Shown piece after piece: positions 49,401-58,300 of a stretch of DNA of 64,000 bases. Source of the stretch: a virus; IMG/VR virus record IMGVR_UViG_3300050014_001197, positions 64,001-128,000 of that record. One strand, 5' to 3'. The notes under the pieces were generated by a model. That model did no database searches and had not been told where the DNA came from. It worked only from the letters and a program-made list of their open reading frames with translations. The translations under genes and the position numbers were made by a program. Position 1 is the first letter of the stretch; each line of letters opens with the position of its first letter.

Positions 49401-50130
49401 TAGTTCCTACTCGATGATAAACTCGAAGTCTTCTTTCATAAACTCCTTCATTGTCTGAGCGGAATCCGATATTAATCATTAATCCAGAACTTACAATTCC
49501 TCGAGATACATCAACAACTAATTCATCTGACCAAGAAAGTAATTGCTCATGTTCATCAATTTCAAATAATTTAATTTCAGGATCTCCATCAGTAAAACGG
49601 AAAACCAAAATCGAATTATCCGGATCATTAGGACTAATAAAAAGCCCGGGAGAAGTTTCTTCGATAATAGTTAAGTGTTCAGTTTCCACAAGCCCCTGAG
49701 AAATAGGATTGAGGAAGATAGCTGAGCTGAAAGAAATAGAAGGATAAAGGAAAGAAACATCCGGTACTAACGTTATTAAAACGCTTTCTATAGCTTTAGA
49801 ATTGCCCGGATCGGGATTAAAAATCGACACATCCTTAAATCCAATAGAAACTTCAGAGGGGCTTAATAAGATATGAGTATAATCGGTAAAAGAGGAATTT
49901 AATTGAATCTGAGGATCTGTTTGTAATCCAGTATATCCCCAACCGCTATTTGTAATTTTTACACCGTTAATTCCCTTAATAATATAGTTACTTGGATCCG
50001 TTATAGCATATCCAGAAGCGCCAGTTGCATTCTGATTACTAGGTGTAAAAGTAAGAGGCAAATATGCATCAGCATATAGATTAAGCAGAGAGCCACTTTT
50101 ATCAAAAATCTTCCAATTCTGAATATTCAT
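46450..50130 (-). CDS. Giant baseplate/tail-fibre structural protein
   Basis: 1226 aa, directly downstream of the gp6-like and gp25-like baseplate genes. S/T/N/Y-rich, beta-rich composition. Confidence 0.45.
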   Translation of the reverse strand: MNIQNWKIFDKSGSLLNLYADAYLPLTFTPSNQNATGASGYAITDPSNYIIKGINGVKITNSGWGYTGLQTDPQIQLNSSFTDYTHILLSPSEVSIGFKDVSIFNPDPGNSKAIESVLITLVPDVSFLYPSISFSSAIFLNPISQGLVETEHLTIIEETSPGLFISPNDPDNSILVFRFTDGDPEIKLFEIDEHEQLLSWSDELVVDVSRGIVSSGLMINIGFRSDNEGVYERRLRVYHRVGTTDYLIAEILINAESIGPDERFDTLITNFGLPSPKATPILFKEADINEALPDWKLLNQKSKHMILEHDKIMPYIGTYKALINAIKWLGYDDISVKEWYRNVKERTKLSLTVPYDAAERTKTILYFSPEERRNLKKLNQLSLVYCLTRETGEIDEWGNPLTEDCYSYNLNEILIKLYALKQWLERWIIGVNARITDITGEGIYFERYQNFIYATQNIGIESNYRQSVSPYVLAKSTELVAGDASMALTLEELRSSTVQNLPMRAIDFIKFAWNPSYGYFDITDTSALLSDSSTIFIGPSAQFPLVDLFDIQWKLSVEKTDSGVVTNNLVTKPLWIYDNEIRFFNVLDTSSQFYDNSNLNILLEKAYLKDADPSNDIWEDSIAYSIYSDPCTGGYWIDNSAGFHVWQSFDYVNLVPDTNSKLIYEFDANYRVPLLSFENYKFTDASDNVISLNKKYFLDIIDGKIMMDSSILGIKDWVTDPSTAGIENLETTINWNYDSSLGEQKITLNVVYRSPRMPLYIYDPSAYYWSQGSDPSIAKVVDNQVYLFRVNHTGDFHIELYAWDGFNNIFTNQMEYTHPVWTKFPRIYSLVDSSNYLTYEVSTFMNLNDVSALISANRFPLFDKYIPLQGLSLEFDPSGDPYITIPSITYFQDLPETDSLNRFINLTERVVNIAGSTIEIDPDYQKFYTGDDIQLVKFDKGKYHLTLEASAHIASSSSVYPGSAQPTLAILDQIPVEITIDASSELYILNNTHRNTSNAQNIGSNLILDVIDYQFEPGQLVGVIVSDGSTGYSWGSSYRVIDVSGMTHTFNQNIPQFFIDSSKYTIKIKHAFSTYSDFTIETDHAVEIANNFKIYLKNSYCQEYFLDNTFVVINMLFDQDYVNQQWYDPSDNLVNSTFFLYNEAITVDTSTLVIFKSLYDVSNYMLDQHNVWTVKNHDPNQIIFKVFNDSVPFIFNQIGTYDVQVESFDKYGNLKTQIWEGLIKVQ

Positions 50131-50136
50131 AGATTA

Positions 50137-50433
50137 TTAATTAACGTTTACACTATCTTTATCATGTGCTATAGAAAAAGTCTTTTTAATATACTTAACT
50201 TGTTCCAAAATAAATGTGATCATTCCTTCAAGTTGAGCAAAAAGAGGTTTCTGTCTTGGATTTGCCCAAAGTTCCTGAGAAGTCATCTTTTGAAAAATTT
50301 TTCCTTGATATGGATATCCAAGATTTAAATAATTATCAGAAAGATGTTTTGCTGAATTCAGATAAGAAGATCTGACCCTAAATCTCTGACTTTTGCTACT
50401 TATAGCATTTTGTTTTTGAGTTAGATTTGCCAT
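50137..50433 (-). CDS. Small baseplate-module protein
   Basis: ORF coupled between the gp6-like gene and the giant protein. Confidence 0.3.
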   Translation of the reverse strand: MANLTQKQNAISSKSQRFRVRSSYLNSAKHLSDNYLNLGYPYQGKIFQKMTSQELWANPRQKPLFAQLEGMITFILEQVKYIKKTFSIAHDKDSVNVN

Positions 50434-52328
50434 TATAAACTAGATACAATATTTTTATTTTGATTACTATTGAAATTAACCGGAGTAATACCTCTTAGAT
50501 TAATATTCACAGTTGAAAGACGATCTTTAGCAACTGAGTCATCATAAGTAATTCCATTAGAACTTTCAAATCCACCACGAATAAGAGGATAAAGATCTTT
50601 AACAGTTACTTTATTATTAAAAGCATCTGAAACATATCTTTCAAGAAGAACGTCTCCGTAATCATCAATTCCATATCCATTTCCATAAATTTGGAAATTA
50701 TTTTTATCTGCATCAAACCAAACGGAGACAGAATCTACTCCATCAATCTGTTCAATAATTCTTACAATATCGGATTGAGGAATTCTATCTCTTCTAGTAT
50801 TTTTTAAGAAATAATCAGAAGTTTTTGAAATTATATCCTCCCTAATATTATTTAATTCATATCCTTCATAAATAATTAATACAACATTTAAAACAAACCT
50901 CGGATATTTAAGAGTCATAATAGCATTATCTACAGTGATAATTCTTTGACCACTTTCTTCGATTAAGTCCAGAATTCCTCTTTTTTCCAAATTAGTTAAT
51001 TGAAATGAATCTAATCCACATGAAAAATAATTCTGATTTGCTGGGATTCTTTGATTTACATCAGGAACCAAATAGAGATAAACCGTATTGTCATCTTTTT
51101 TCTGTTCATCAACCTGACCTTGCCAATAGGAAACTTGATTTTGAGCATTATCTAATTCTGTTTTCTTTGTAAGAGATTTAGATGAAGAAGCTCCAACTGT
51201 TGCTAAAAGTGTACGATATTGTTCTTGAATATTTTCAAAAGTAGTTTTAGCCTGATTATATTTATCGAGAGTAAATTTATCTTCGAAAGTTGCAAATCCC
51301 GGAATAGCATCTACAATAGTAAACATATTTAATTTACTTAAAAAGTAGATATAATTGTTTGGATTTGCTAAAACAAAACTTCTTGACATATGAGGAGCTA
51401 AGAGACGAGTTAAATAAACAGGTTCTTCTTGAGTTCCAAATAAAACGTCTTTTTGAATAGCTACTCTAAGTATTTTATTGAGATCGATTTCTTGGCTATT
51501 AAGAGAATATCCTTTTCCTTCAAATTTCCAATTAGTAGTGGTTTTGGCTTCAGCAGTTCTAATATTACCTGCTTCACCATCCGTTAAAAGATATTCGGCA
51601 AGAATAGTAGCTCCAAGAGGAGGAACTGACCCATTATAACCATTGCCAAAGAAAATATCAATGCCTCCAGTTTGACCAGTTTTTACCATTACACTTTCTT
51701 CTCTAAAATTCATATCAAGAATTGAATCTTTGCTTGCCCATTTTTTTCCATTTACGTAAATATTTACAAAGAAATTATCAATCATAGATCCCTTCTTAGC
51801 CTGAAAATTAAAACTTTGCAATGCATCCCCCGTTCCTGTTGCTTGCTGATATTCTAATTTACCCTGGACTATATTTACATCAACATAATTCGTAATTGAA
51901 CCTAAATCTAAACGAGTCTCATTTCCAGGAAGAGTTATTGTATATGTAAGCCCATTAAAAGTAGAAGTAAGTCTAGTATAATTAGGAATAACTGCTGTAT
52001 TTCCATAAATATCGAGTTTTTCTCCATTGTAATATAATCTAAGAGTTCCTCGTGCGGCTACCCCTCTAGAAGAATTATGACCTGTTAAAGATGCAAGACC
52101 TTTTACACTTTGGGATCTAGAAGCAGTTAAAATATTTAACTCTGTAATAGAATCTTCAACATAGTAAAGAATGACTCTTCCTAGATTCAAAAGAACCTGA
52201 AGAAGTTGCCCCATTGGGGATGCCATAGTAAAATACTGACCAGCATCATCATATGTTTGTTTTATGAAATTGATTGAATCTTGATAGAGTTCACTGAGCC
52301 TAATTCTTGCTACACGTATTATATTCAT
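50433..52328 (-). CDS. Baseplate wedge protein, gp6/gpJ-like
   Basis: 631 aa, immediately downstream of the gp25-like gene. This is the canonical W-J order, and the size is close to T4 gp6. Confidence 0.45.
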   Translation of the reverse strand: MNIIRVARIRLSELYQDSINFIKQTYDDAGQYFTMASPMGQLLQVLLNLGRVILYYVEDSITELNILTASRSQSVKGLASLTGHNSSRGVAARGTLRLYYNGEKLDIYGNTAVIPNYTRLTSTFNGLTYTITLPGNETRLDLGSITNYVDVNIVQGKLEYQQATGTGDALQSFNFQAKKGSMIDNFFVNIYVNGKKWASKDSILDMNFREESVMVKTGQTGGIDIFFGNGYNGSVPPLGATILAEYLLTDGEAGNIRTAEAKTTTNWKFEGKGYSLNSQEIDLNKILRVAIQKDVLFGTQEEPVYLTRLLAPHMSRSFVLANPNNYIYFLSKLNMFTIVDAIPGFATFEDKFTLDKYNQAKTTFENIQEQYRTLLATVGASSSKSLTKKTELDNAQNQVSYWQGQVDEQKKDDNTVYLYLVPDVNQRIPANQNYFSCGLDSFQLTNLEKRGILDLIEESGQRIITVDNAIMTLKYPRFVLNVVLIIYEGYELNNIREDIISKTSDYFLKNTRRDRIPQSDIVRIIEQIDGVDSVSVWFDADKNNFQIYGNGYGIDDYGDVLLERYVSDAFNNKVTVKDLYPLIRGGFESSNGITYDDSVAKDRLSTVNINLRGITPVNFNSNQNKNIVSSL

Positions 52329-52344
52329 AATTTATTTTTATATT

Positions 52345-52707
52345 TTACTTAACTAAGACCCCGATGGCTTTCTGATCATTTATATAAATATCAATGATAC
52401 AATAATCAAATCCATCAGCTTTGCCAAAAGAAACCGACGGCTGAATCTTATATTGGCTTGATTCAGAAATATAACTTTGTATTTGTTTTAATATCTTTTC
52501 TTCTAATTCTACCTTATTGACTCGAGTTTCAAAAATAAGATCTTCGATTCCTACACCAAAATTTATATCTCCGAAAACTTGTCCCTGTGTTGTTCCTAGT
52601 ATCATTCTGAGTTTCGCAATAATGCTTTCTATTGGATCCGTATGTTCGAAAACGGAATATTGATAATTAGGGTCTTCAGGGTTTCTGATGTATATTTCTT
52701 TAACCAT
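52345..52707 (-). CDS. Baseplate wedge protein, T4 gp25 / GPW-like
   Basis: RMILGTTQGQVFGDINFGVGIEDLIFE aligns with T4 gp25 LLGIITTRKGSRPFDPEFGCDLSDQLFE. LEEKILKQIQSYISESSQYKI aligns with TVERNIESAVRNYEPRI. 120 aa vs 132 aa in T4. Confidence 0.8.
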   Translation of the reverse strand: MVKEIYIRNPEDPNYQYSVFEHTDPIESIIAKLRMILGTTQGQVFGDINFGVGIEDLIFETRVNKVELEEKILKQIQSYISESSQYKIQPSVSFGKADGFDYCIIDIYINDQKAIGVLVK

Positions 52708-52716
52708 TACAGTTTT

Positions 52717-52724
52717 TATTTATA
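52717..52724 (-). promoter_or_regulatory. TATAAATA late-promoter-like octamer, 9 nt upstream of the gp25-like start
   Basis: Exact octamer on the minus strand. The very short leader is unusual. Confidence 0.25.
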
Positions 52725-52773
52725 TATCTTTATACTAACGAAAGACCAGAATATATAAAGAAAACTAGATCCA

Positions 52774-53583
52774 ATGTTTATTGCTGAATCCGTATATCCA
52801 TTTCTAAATGAGGAATTTCTTGCTCATGAAATTCTCAATGAACGTTTGGATATTAATTCTATTAAAGATAAAGTTAAAAAAGCTGCTATCATAGCATCCT
52901 TATTTCTATTAACAGCCAGTGATAAAGGATTTAAGGAACTTCCTTCAAAACAGGAAGTACAAAATACTCCTCTGGTTCTTCTTATGGCTAAAAATCCAGA
53001 ATTAACTAAATCTGAGGTAGATGAAAAATTTGATGATCTTTTTAATCTTTATTTTTGGAAAGAAAAGGAGCAAGGGACAAAACTCAATTATGATATTCTT
53101 CAAGACCCGCTAATCTTAAAAACTAGTAATAATGGTTTAAATTTTATACGAGGATATGAAAAGCTTTATCTAGAAGCTTATGAAATGGGAGATGGTATGA
53201 TAACCATTGGTTGGGGTCATGCTGAGCCCGTAGGCATCTCTAAATACGTTATAGGACAAAAAATATCTAAATATGAAGCTGAGAGACTTTTTAAAAAGGA
53301 CATTAAAAAGACTGAAGATGGAATAAGAAGACTTTTTAAAAAATGGATGGGTCAGGGATTAGTTGTTCAGATTTCTCAAAGTATGTGGGATTCTATGATT
53401 TCAATGGCATTTAATATGGGAGTAAATGGTCTAAGAGGATCTGATATAGTTCAAGCTTTAAAACAAGAAGATTATCTAACAGCAGCAGATAGTATTTTAA
53501 CTACGAATACTGATGATAAATTTCCTGGATTAGAACCAAGAAGAGAAGCTGAAAAGAAATTATTTTTGAAGGGATTAATTTAA
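52774..53583 (+). CDS. GH24 (T4-lysozyme-type) lysozyme with an N-terminal extension; tail-associated lysozyme or endolysin
   Basis: EKLYLEAYEMGDGMITIGWGH matches E-x(8)-D-x(5)-T-I-G-x-G-H of T4 lysozyme ([21 protein letters not shown]). Confidence 0.7.
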   Translation: MFIAESVYPFLNEEFLAHEILNERLDINSIKDKVKKAAIIASLFLLTASDKGFKELPSKQEVQNTPLVLLMAKNPELTKSEVDEKFDDLFNLYFWKEKEQGTKLNYDILQDPLILKTSNNGLNFIRGYEKLYLEAYEMGDGMITIGWGHAEPVGISKYVIGQKISKYEAERLFKKDIKKTEDGIRRLFKKWMGQGLVVQISQSMWDSMISMAFNMGVNGLRGSDIVQALKQEDYLTAADSILTTNTDDKFPGLEPRREAEKKLFLKGLI

Positions 53584-54095
53584 TGATATTTTTTCAGAAG
53601 CTTTTGAAATTTTTCATCAAAAATCCTTAGTGAAGAAGATTGAGAAGTTTGGAAAAAATCTTCTTTTATAGGTGGCTCATTTACAAAAATTGAGTTTCTA
53701 GTATTTAAAGTTTCTCCTTTAAGACTTATAACTTTTGCCCAATAAGTGCTACCAACTCCATTTTTTCGAAGCTCGTATTGATAATTACCAACTTTTGCGG
53801 AAGCAAATAAATTATCACCGGATCCACTAGTTAGTTCAGAATCTTCTTGAAATTGTATTTCGTATTTTTTTCGTAAGAATTCAATAATAATTAATTCAAT
53901 GACTTTCTTAAGCCCATCTATTTTATGTCTTATTGTCCCAAAAGTAAATTCATCATCAGGTGCTTGAAGATTTTTAATAATAGGGCCTAAATAATTATAA
54001 TCTCGACTTAAATTTCGAATTTTCTCATTGCCTATATTCATAGCATCCTTTGGATCTTGCCCTCTTTCAAAATTCAATCCTTCTCGTACTATCAT
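53580..54095 (-). CDS. Leader-motif family protein (MIVREGLNFERGQDPKDAMNIGN)
   Basis: N-terminal family motif. Confidence 0.55.
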   Translation of the reverse strand: MIVREGLNFERGQDPKDAMNIGNEKIRNLSRDYNYLGPIIKNLQAPDDEFTFGTIRHKIDGLKKVIELIIIEFLRKKYEIQFQEDSELTSGSGDNLFASAKVGNYQYELRKNGVGSTYWAKVISLKGETLNTRNSIFVNEPPIKEDFFQTSQSSSLRIFDEKFQKLLKKYH

Positions 54096-54099
54096 GATT

Positions 54100-54732
54100 C
54101 TAATATTTTAATTTTTTGAATCCTTCACTTGTAATTGAGGCCATTTGCCATGCTCTTTTTACTTGATAAGCTGGATCTTTAGAACCAAATCCCGGAGCAA
54201 CATGTTTTGCTTTGAATAAAGGAGATTTAATATGTTCCTGCCCAAAATCTTCTTCAGTTCTTTGTTCGCTTCTTTGATAATCTTTTACAGAAACTAATTC
54301 CGTTTTAAATCCATCTGGTCTTTTCTGATCTTTTAATTTCTGCCAATCCATATCTAATACTTCAATCTTCCATTTTTTACCTAAAATAGGCTGGCCAAGT
54401 TCTTTTTCAAGATCCGAAATAAGAAGCAAAAAATCTTCAGCATCCGGATATTCCCAAAAACTAATCATTTTTTTATTTAGCCATACTCTTCCTGAGAAAA
54501 ATCTTCCCTGTTTCCTAATCCCCTCTGGATGCGTTTGCCCTGCTGGTCCTAAAATAAAATTACCTTCTTCATCATACCAAAAAGGATGAGCGTCTTCATC
54601 TGTAAAATAAGGAGATTTAGATGGATCACTATTCACGGGTTCCCCAAATCTATTATAAGTAAGATTAGGAAGAGAAATCTCATCTGGGCTCTCAAATAAT
54701 TGTTCTATGGATTCGCAAACTAGCTTTTTCAT
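54100..54732 (-). CDS. Hypothetical protein with a variant leader N-terminus (MKKLVCESIEQLF)
   Basis: Shares its N-terminus with 41507..42244. Confidence 0.4.
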   Translation of the reverse strand: MKKLVCESIEQLFESPDEISLPNLTYNRFGEPVNSDPSKSPYFTDEDAHPFWYDEEGNFILGPAGQTHPEGIRKQGRFFSGRVWLNKKMISFWEYPDAEDFLLLISDLEKELGQPILGKKWKIEVLDMDWQKLKDQKRPDGFKTELVSVKDYQRSEQRTEEDFGQEHIKSPLFKAKHVAPGFGSKDPAYQVKRAWQMASITSEGFKKLKY

Positions 54733-55907
54733 TCCAAATCATCTAATTTATTAATGAGCGAATCATTTATATCTTCCATTGTCATATCTCCGCTATAACT
54801 TTGTGGAGGATTATATTCAATTTTATCTTCTCCGGTTGCTAGTGTAAATGATAAAAGTTTAATACCTTCAAAATCACAAGGAGCTACAAAAAATTCTTTG
54901 CTTTCATCATATTTAGCATCCCCAATATGATAATGCTTTTTAATAGCTCTTTGTAAATCCATATAAGCTTCAGATTCATCAGCAAGAGCTGTAGCTTCAC
55001 TATAAGCAAATCTAACAGCATCACAGAGATCTGATAGATCTTCATTTTCCTGAATTTCTTCTAAAAGATCATCTATTGTTTCCGTTTTATTCGGGTCTGC
55101 TCCCATTTCAATAGCTTTATCTTTTAGATCTTTTATAGCAGGGATTTGTTTTCCTTTTTGCAGAACTCTATTAATAGGCCATGCAAAATCCGTAATGTCT
55201 TTATATTCTCTTACGCCATAATCAAAATATTCATAAGAACCATCTCCAGATAAAACTGCTTCGATAAATTGCGAATTTACATCTCTTGAAGTTGTATCAA
55301 AATAATCTGCAAAATTACCCCAATCCTTAAAATAAAGAACATAACTATTTTCTGTAAATTTATATTTAAAATTATCATCTTTAAACGGAGCATAGGGAAT
55401 CCATTCAATTTCTCTATATGCTAATTCAAGATAATCATTTTCATCTAGATCCTTATTATATTCTGGTTTTGTAATAAGAAATTTGATCCATTTGTCTCTG
55501 GTTTCCCTGTCTAGCTCTTCTTCTCTTCCTTCATTTAATAAATATGAAATCCATAAAGATGGGCTTGAACTTGTTTTATCATCTAAAAAATTTCTAATAG
55601 TTTCTTCAATACCTATTCCAAGAGATTGCTTAGGAGTTAATCCTCTTTCGAAATCAAGGGATTCCCTAACTACCCCAGATTTAAAATGGCCATGATTAAG
55701 AAGAGCTTGAACCCAAAAATCCCGGGTTTCTTCTCCTAGCTGAGGGTCATTAAGTATATTTGGAATCCATTCTTCTGGAGAATCCCAGCCTTTTTCTTTT
55801 GCATACTCCCTAACTTTTTTAAGAAGACCGATTTCAAGAATTTTAATAAGTTCTAATTCTTGCCTATCCTCTCGATCGTAATCGATATATTCTTTTACCA
55901 AAGCCAT
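54729..55907 (-). CDS. Hypothetical protein with an internal leader motif (ESLDFERGLTPKQSLGIGIE)
   Basis: Motif at residues ~82-101. Confidence 0.45.
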   Translation of the reverse strand: MALVKEYIDYDREDRQELELIKILEIGLLKKVREYAKEKGWDSPEEWIPNILNDPQLGEETRDFWVQALLNHGHFKSGVVRESLDFERGLTPKQSLGIGIEETIRNFLDDKTSSSPSLWISYLLNEGREEELDRETRDKWIKFLITKPEYNKDLDENDYLELAYREIEWIPYAPFKDDNFKYKFTENSYVLYFKDWGNFADYFDTTSRDVNSQFIEAVLSGDGSYEYFDYGVREYKDITDFAWPINRVLQKGKQIPAIKDLKDKAIEMGADPNKTETIDDLLEEIQENEDLSDLCDAVRFAYSEATALADESEAYMDLQRAIKKHYHIGDAKYDESKEFFVAPCDFEGIKLLSFTLATGEDKIEYNPPQSYSGDMTMEDINDSLINKLDDLE

Positions 55908-56206
55908 TATTCATCAACTAATTTAAATCCAGTTTCTTCTTCTAATTGTTTTTCATATTTATAAAAAACATTATCTCTTATCTCTCTTGCATCTGATTCC
56001 CTTTGGCCATCATCCCCAGCTTCTTCATAAGCTTGTCGCATATCAACATTAATTTGTCTTATGAAATATTCCGCTTCTTTTTTATTTCTTAAAAACCCCT
56101 CAATTCGATAATCATTACATAATTTAAGAATAATTTTCCTACCTAGTTGTAAAGTATCTCTAGGATCTTTTCCTCTTTGAAAATCTATGGTTTCTTGAAC
56201 TATCAT
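55907..56206 (-). CDS. Leader-motif family small protein (MIVQETIDFQRGKDPRDTLQLGRK)
   Basis: N-terminal motif. Confidence 0.5.
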   Translation of the reverse strand: MIVQETIDFQRGKDPRDTLQLGRKIILKLCNDYRIEGFLRNKKEAEYFIRQINVDMRQAYEEAGDDGQRESDAREIRDNVFYKYEKQLEEETGFKLVDE

Positions 56207-56646
56207 ACAACAATACGACCGCCAACGTTACAGATTTTTTTGATTTCGTCAACAGTAAATTTATTTTCATTTTTCTTAATATAGAAATCCCCACTAACCT
56301 CTTCAGGACATCCATCAAGATTCACTAATTTATTCCCATCTACCATAAAATCACCCTTCACTATTTTTGGACATCCATTCATAGATTTTAAATAATTATC
56401 TCTTATAAAAAAATTTCCACTGCAAATATTAAATTGAATATCTTCTGGAATTTCATAAATAGCTTTATTTTGAGGAATAACCACTTCTTTTGTATCAATG
56501 GTCCACTCTGAATTGATCCTAGCTCGAGAAAAAGGAATATATTGCTTTAACCATATATCAATTTCCTTTTTCTTACCTAATGACAAAACTTCAGAGGGGT
56601 TTCTTCCCCTCTGAAATTCTAGTAAGCTTTCAAGAACAAGCTTCAT
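56203..56646 (-). CDS. Leader-motif family protein with C-terminal LRR-like GCP repeats
   Basis: MKLVLESLLEFQRGRNPSEVLSLGKK, then L-x-x-M-N-G-C-P-K-I-V-K-G-D-F / L-V-N-L-D-G-C-P-E-E-V-S-G-D-F repeats. Confidence 0.5.
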   Translation of the reverse strand: MKLVLESLLEFQRGRNPSEVLSLGKKKEIDIWLKQYIPFSRARINSEWTIDTKEVVIPQNKAIYEIPEDIQFNICSGNFFIRDNYLKSMNGCPKIVKGDFMVDGNKLVNLDGCPEEVSGDFYIKKNENKFTVDEIKKICNVGGRIVV

Positions 56647-56661
56647 ATATTAAGTTTTATT

Positions 56662-58281
56662 TTAGAAAATATCTTTGTATTTAACAATAAATCTATCTAC
56701 GCCTTCTTTGTATTTGTCTCTTCCTTCAACTTCACCAAGTTCTTCGTGAATATAAGGATGAATATCAATCATCATTTTTAATCCTCTTGTTGCAAGTGAA
56801 CCATTATCAAGACGAATAAGATATGTTACAAAGTTATTAAATTCATCTGGAGTAATATCTCTTCCCCTTGTTGATGTACAAACGAGAGAGATAAGAGCAT
56901 TAGCTTCTGACTGATCAAATCCTGAACCAGCTTTTTTAGGCATACGTGCCTTATCTGGGTGGGTAAGAACTTCTTTAATATCTTCTTTTTTGAATGATTC
57001 AAGAAGTCTTAGGAATGTCTGAAATTCTGTTGCAATATCCATACCAACATCAGAACCAACTACCTCAGTAATATCCTTATTGGTTACATTATAGCCTTCA
57101 TCTTTAGCATCTTGCATAAGAGCAGCTATATTATTTGAAGCAGCTTCCCATGAACGAGGAGATGCAAAGATACTCTTTTCCGGATCATCATCAAGAGTAT
57201 AGAAATATTCTTGATTAAATTCCAAGAAGTCAACAATACGAGAATCTATTGGACTTTTAGAAGGATCCGTTTTATTATATTCTTGCTTTTTACCTTTTTC
57301 CTGAGTTTTTTCTGGGGTTTCTCTTCCTTTAGTTGAAGCCCATTCTTTCCATCCTTTGAAATCAGGAATATAATTTATCTGGGAAAATCTATTTCCTAAA
57401 GCTGTTGAAAAGTTCTGAACGCTTTCTGAATCATCTCCTGCTCTATTAGATGCTGAAATAATTGACCATTTAGAACCTAAAATTGCATCACCAATTATTC
57501 TTTCATCGATAAGTTTCAAACAAGTATTTTGAACTGAACTAGGTGCACGAGAAAGTTCATCTAAGAAAAGAACCCCGCCATCGCCAAAATTAGCAATCTC
57601 ATCTCTTCTTTTATTTTCAGCTGCATCATCGCTTTTAATGTAAACAGGAAGCCAGGATTTAGGAATATCCCTTGCTTTAAGTTCATCATCTATTTTATAA
57701 GTTGCAGGAAGTGACCAATCATCAGGAGCCATTTTAGATGTTTGTACATCAATAAGTCTTCCTTGAGGATTTACTAATTCCAAAACAGATTTTACTATTT
57801 GTGTTTTTCCTATCCCAGGTGCTCCCCAAATCATAACAGGTTTAATTCTGGGATATTTAATACACATACGAACCCTTCTTTGAAATCCTTTTTTATCTAC
57901 ATTTGGTACATTTTTATCGGGATGATCAAGAGAGATTTTAGCCTCATTAACAACACTTTCTTGAACATTATTTCCTCCTCTTTTTTGAATAAGCATTTCT
58001 CTAGTAAGAGATCCTAATTGGGGGTTTACCTCAATATCTGATTTTGATGGAACATAAGAAATTCCTTTAAAAAGAGCGCCTTCTTTAACCAGGATACCAA
58101 TATTAACAGGAGCCATAGCTTCTGTAGTTGGTTTGCCTTGGAACATAAAAAAGAAGAGTTTTCCTATTTTTTGGAAAAATTTCTTAATAGCTCCCCCGAT
58201 TTTGCTAAATATAGCTTCATTTAATTCTCCCTGGTTAATTTGAAAATCCTGAAGGGATTCAAATACTAATTGTTTCTTCAT
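56662..58281 (-). CDS. MoxR-family AAA+ ATPase (AAA_5-like)
   Basis: Walker A MIWGAPGIGKTQIV, Walker B GVLFLDELSRAP, sensor-like region. N-terminus MKKQLVFESLQDFQ resembles the family leader. Confidence 0.6.
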   Translation of the reverse strand: MKKQLVFESLQDFQINQGELNEAIFSKIGGAIKKFFQKIGKLFFFMFQGKPTTEAMAPVNIGILVKEGALFKGISYVPSKSDIEVNPQLGSLTREMLIQKRGGNNVQESVVNEAKISLDHPDKNVPNVDKKGFQRRVRMCIKYPRIKPVMIWGAPGIGKTQIVKSVLELVNPQGRLIDVQTSKMAPDDWSLPATYKIDDELKARDIPKSWLPVYIKSDDAAENKRRDEIANFGDGGVLFLDELSRAPSSVQNTCLKLIDERIIGDAILGSKWSIISASNRAGDDSESVQNFSTALGNRFSQINYIPDFKGWKEWASTKGRETPEKTQEKGKKQEYNKTDPSKSPIDSRIVDFLEFNQEYFYTLDDDPEKSIFASPRSWEAASNNIAALMQDAKDEGYNVTNKDITEVVGSDVGMDIATEFQTFLRLLESFKKEDIKEVLTHPDKARMPKKAGSGFDQSEANALISLVCTSTRGRDITPDEFNNFVTYLIRLDNGSLATRGLKMMIDIHPYIHEELGEVEGRDKYKEGVDRFIVKYKDIF

Positions 58282-58300
58282 TGTAGTTCAAGTTTTATTT

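Noticed and set aside
53675-53690. A Mimivirus-type early promoter octamer AAAATTGA.
   Set aside because: Single occurrence inside a coding region, expected by chance in AT-rich DNA.
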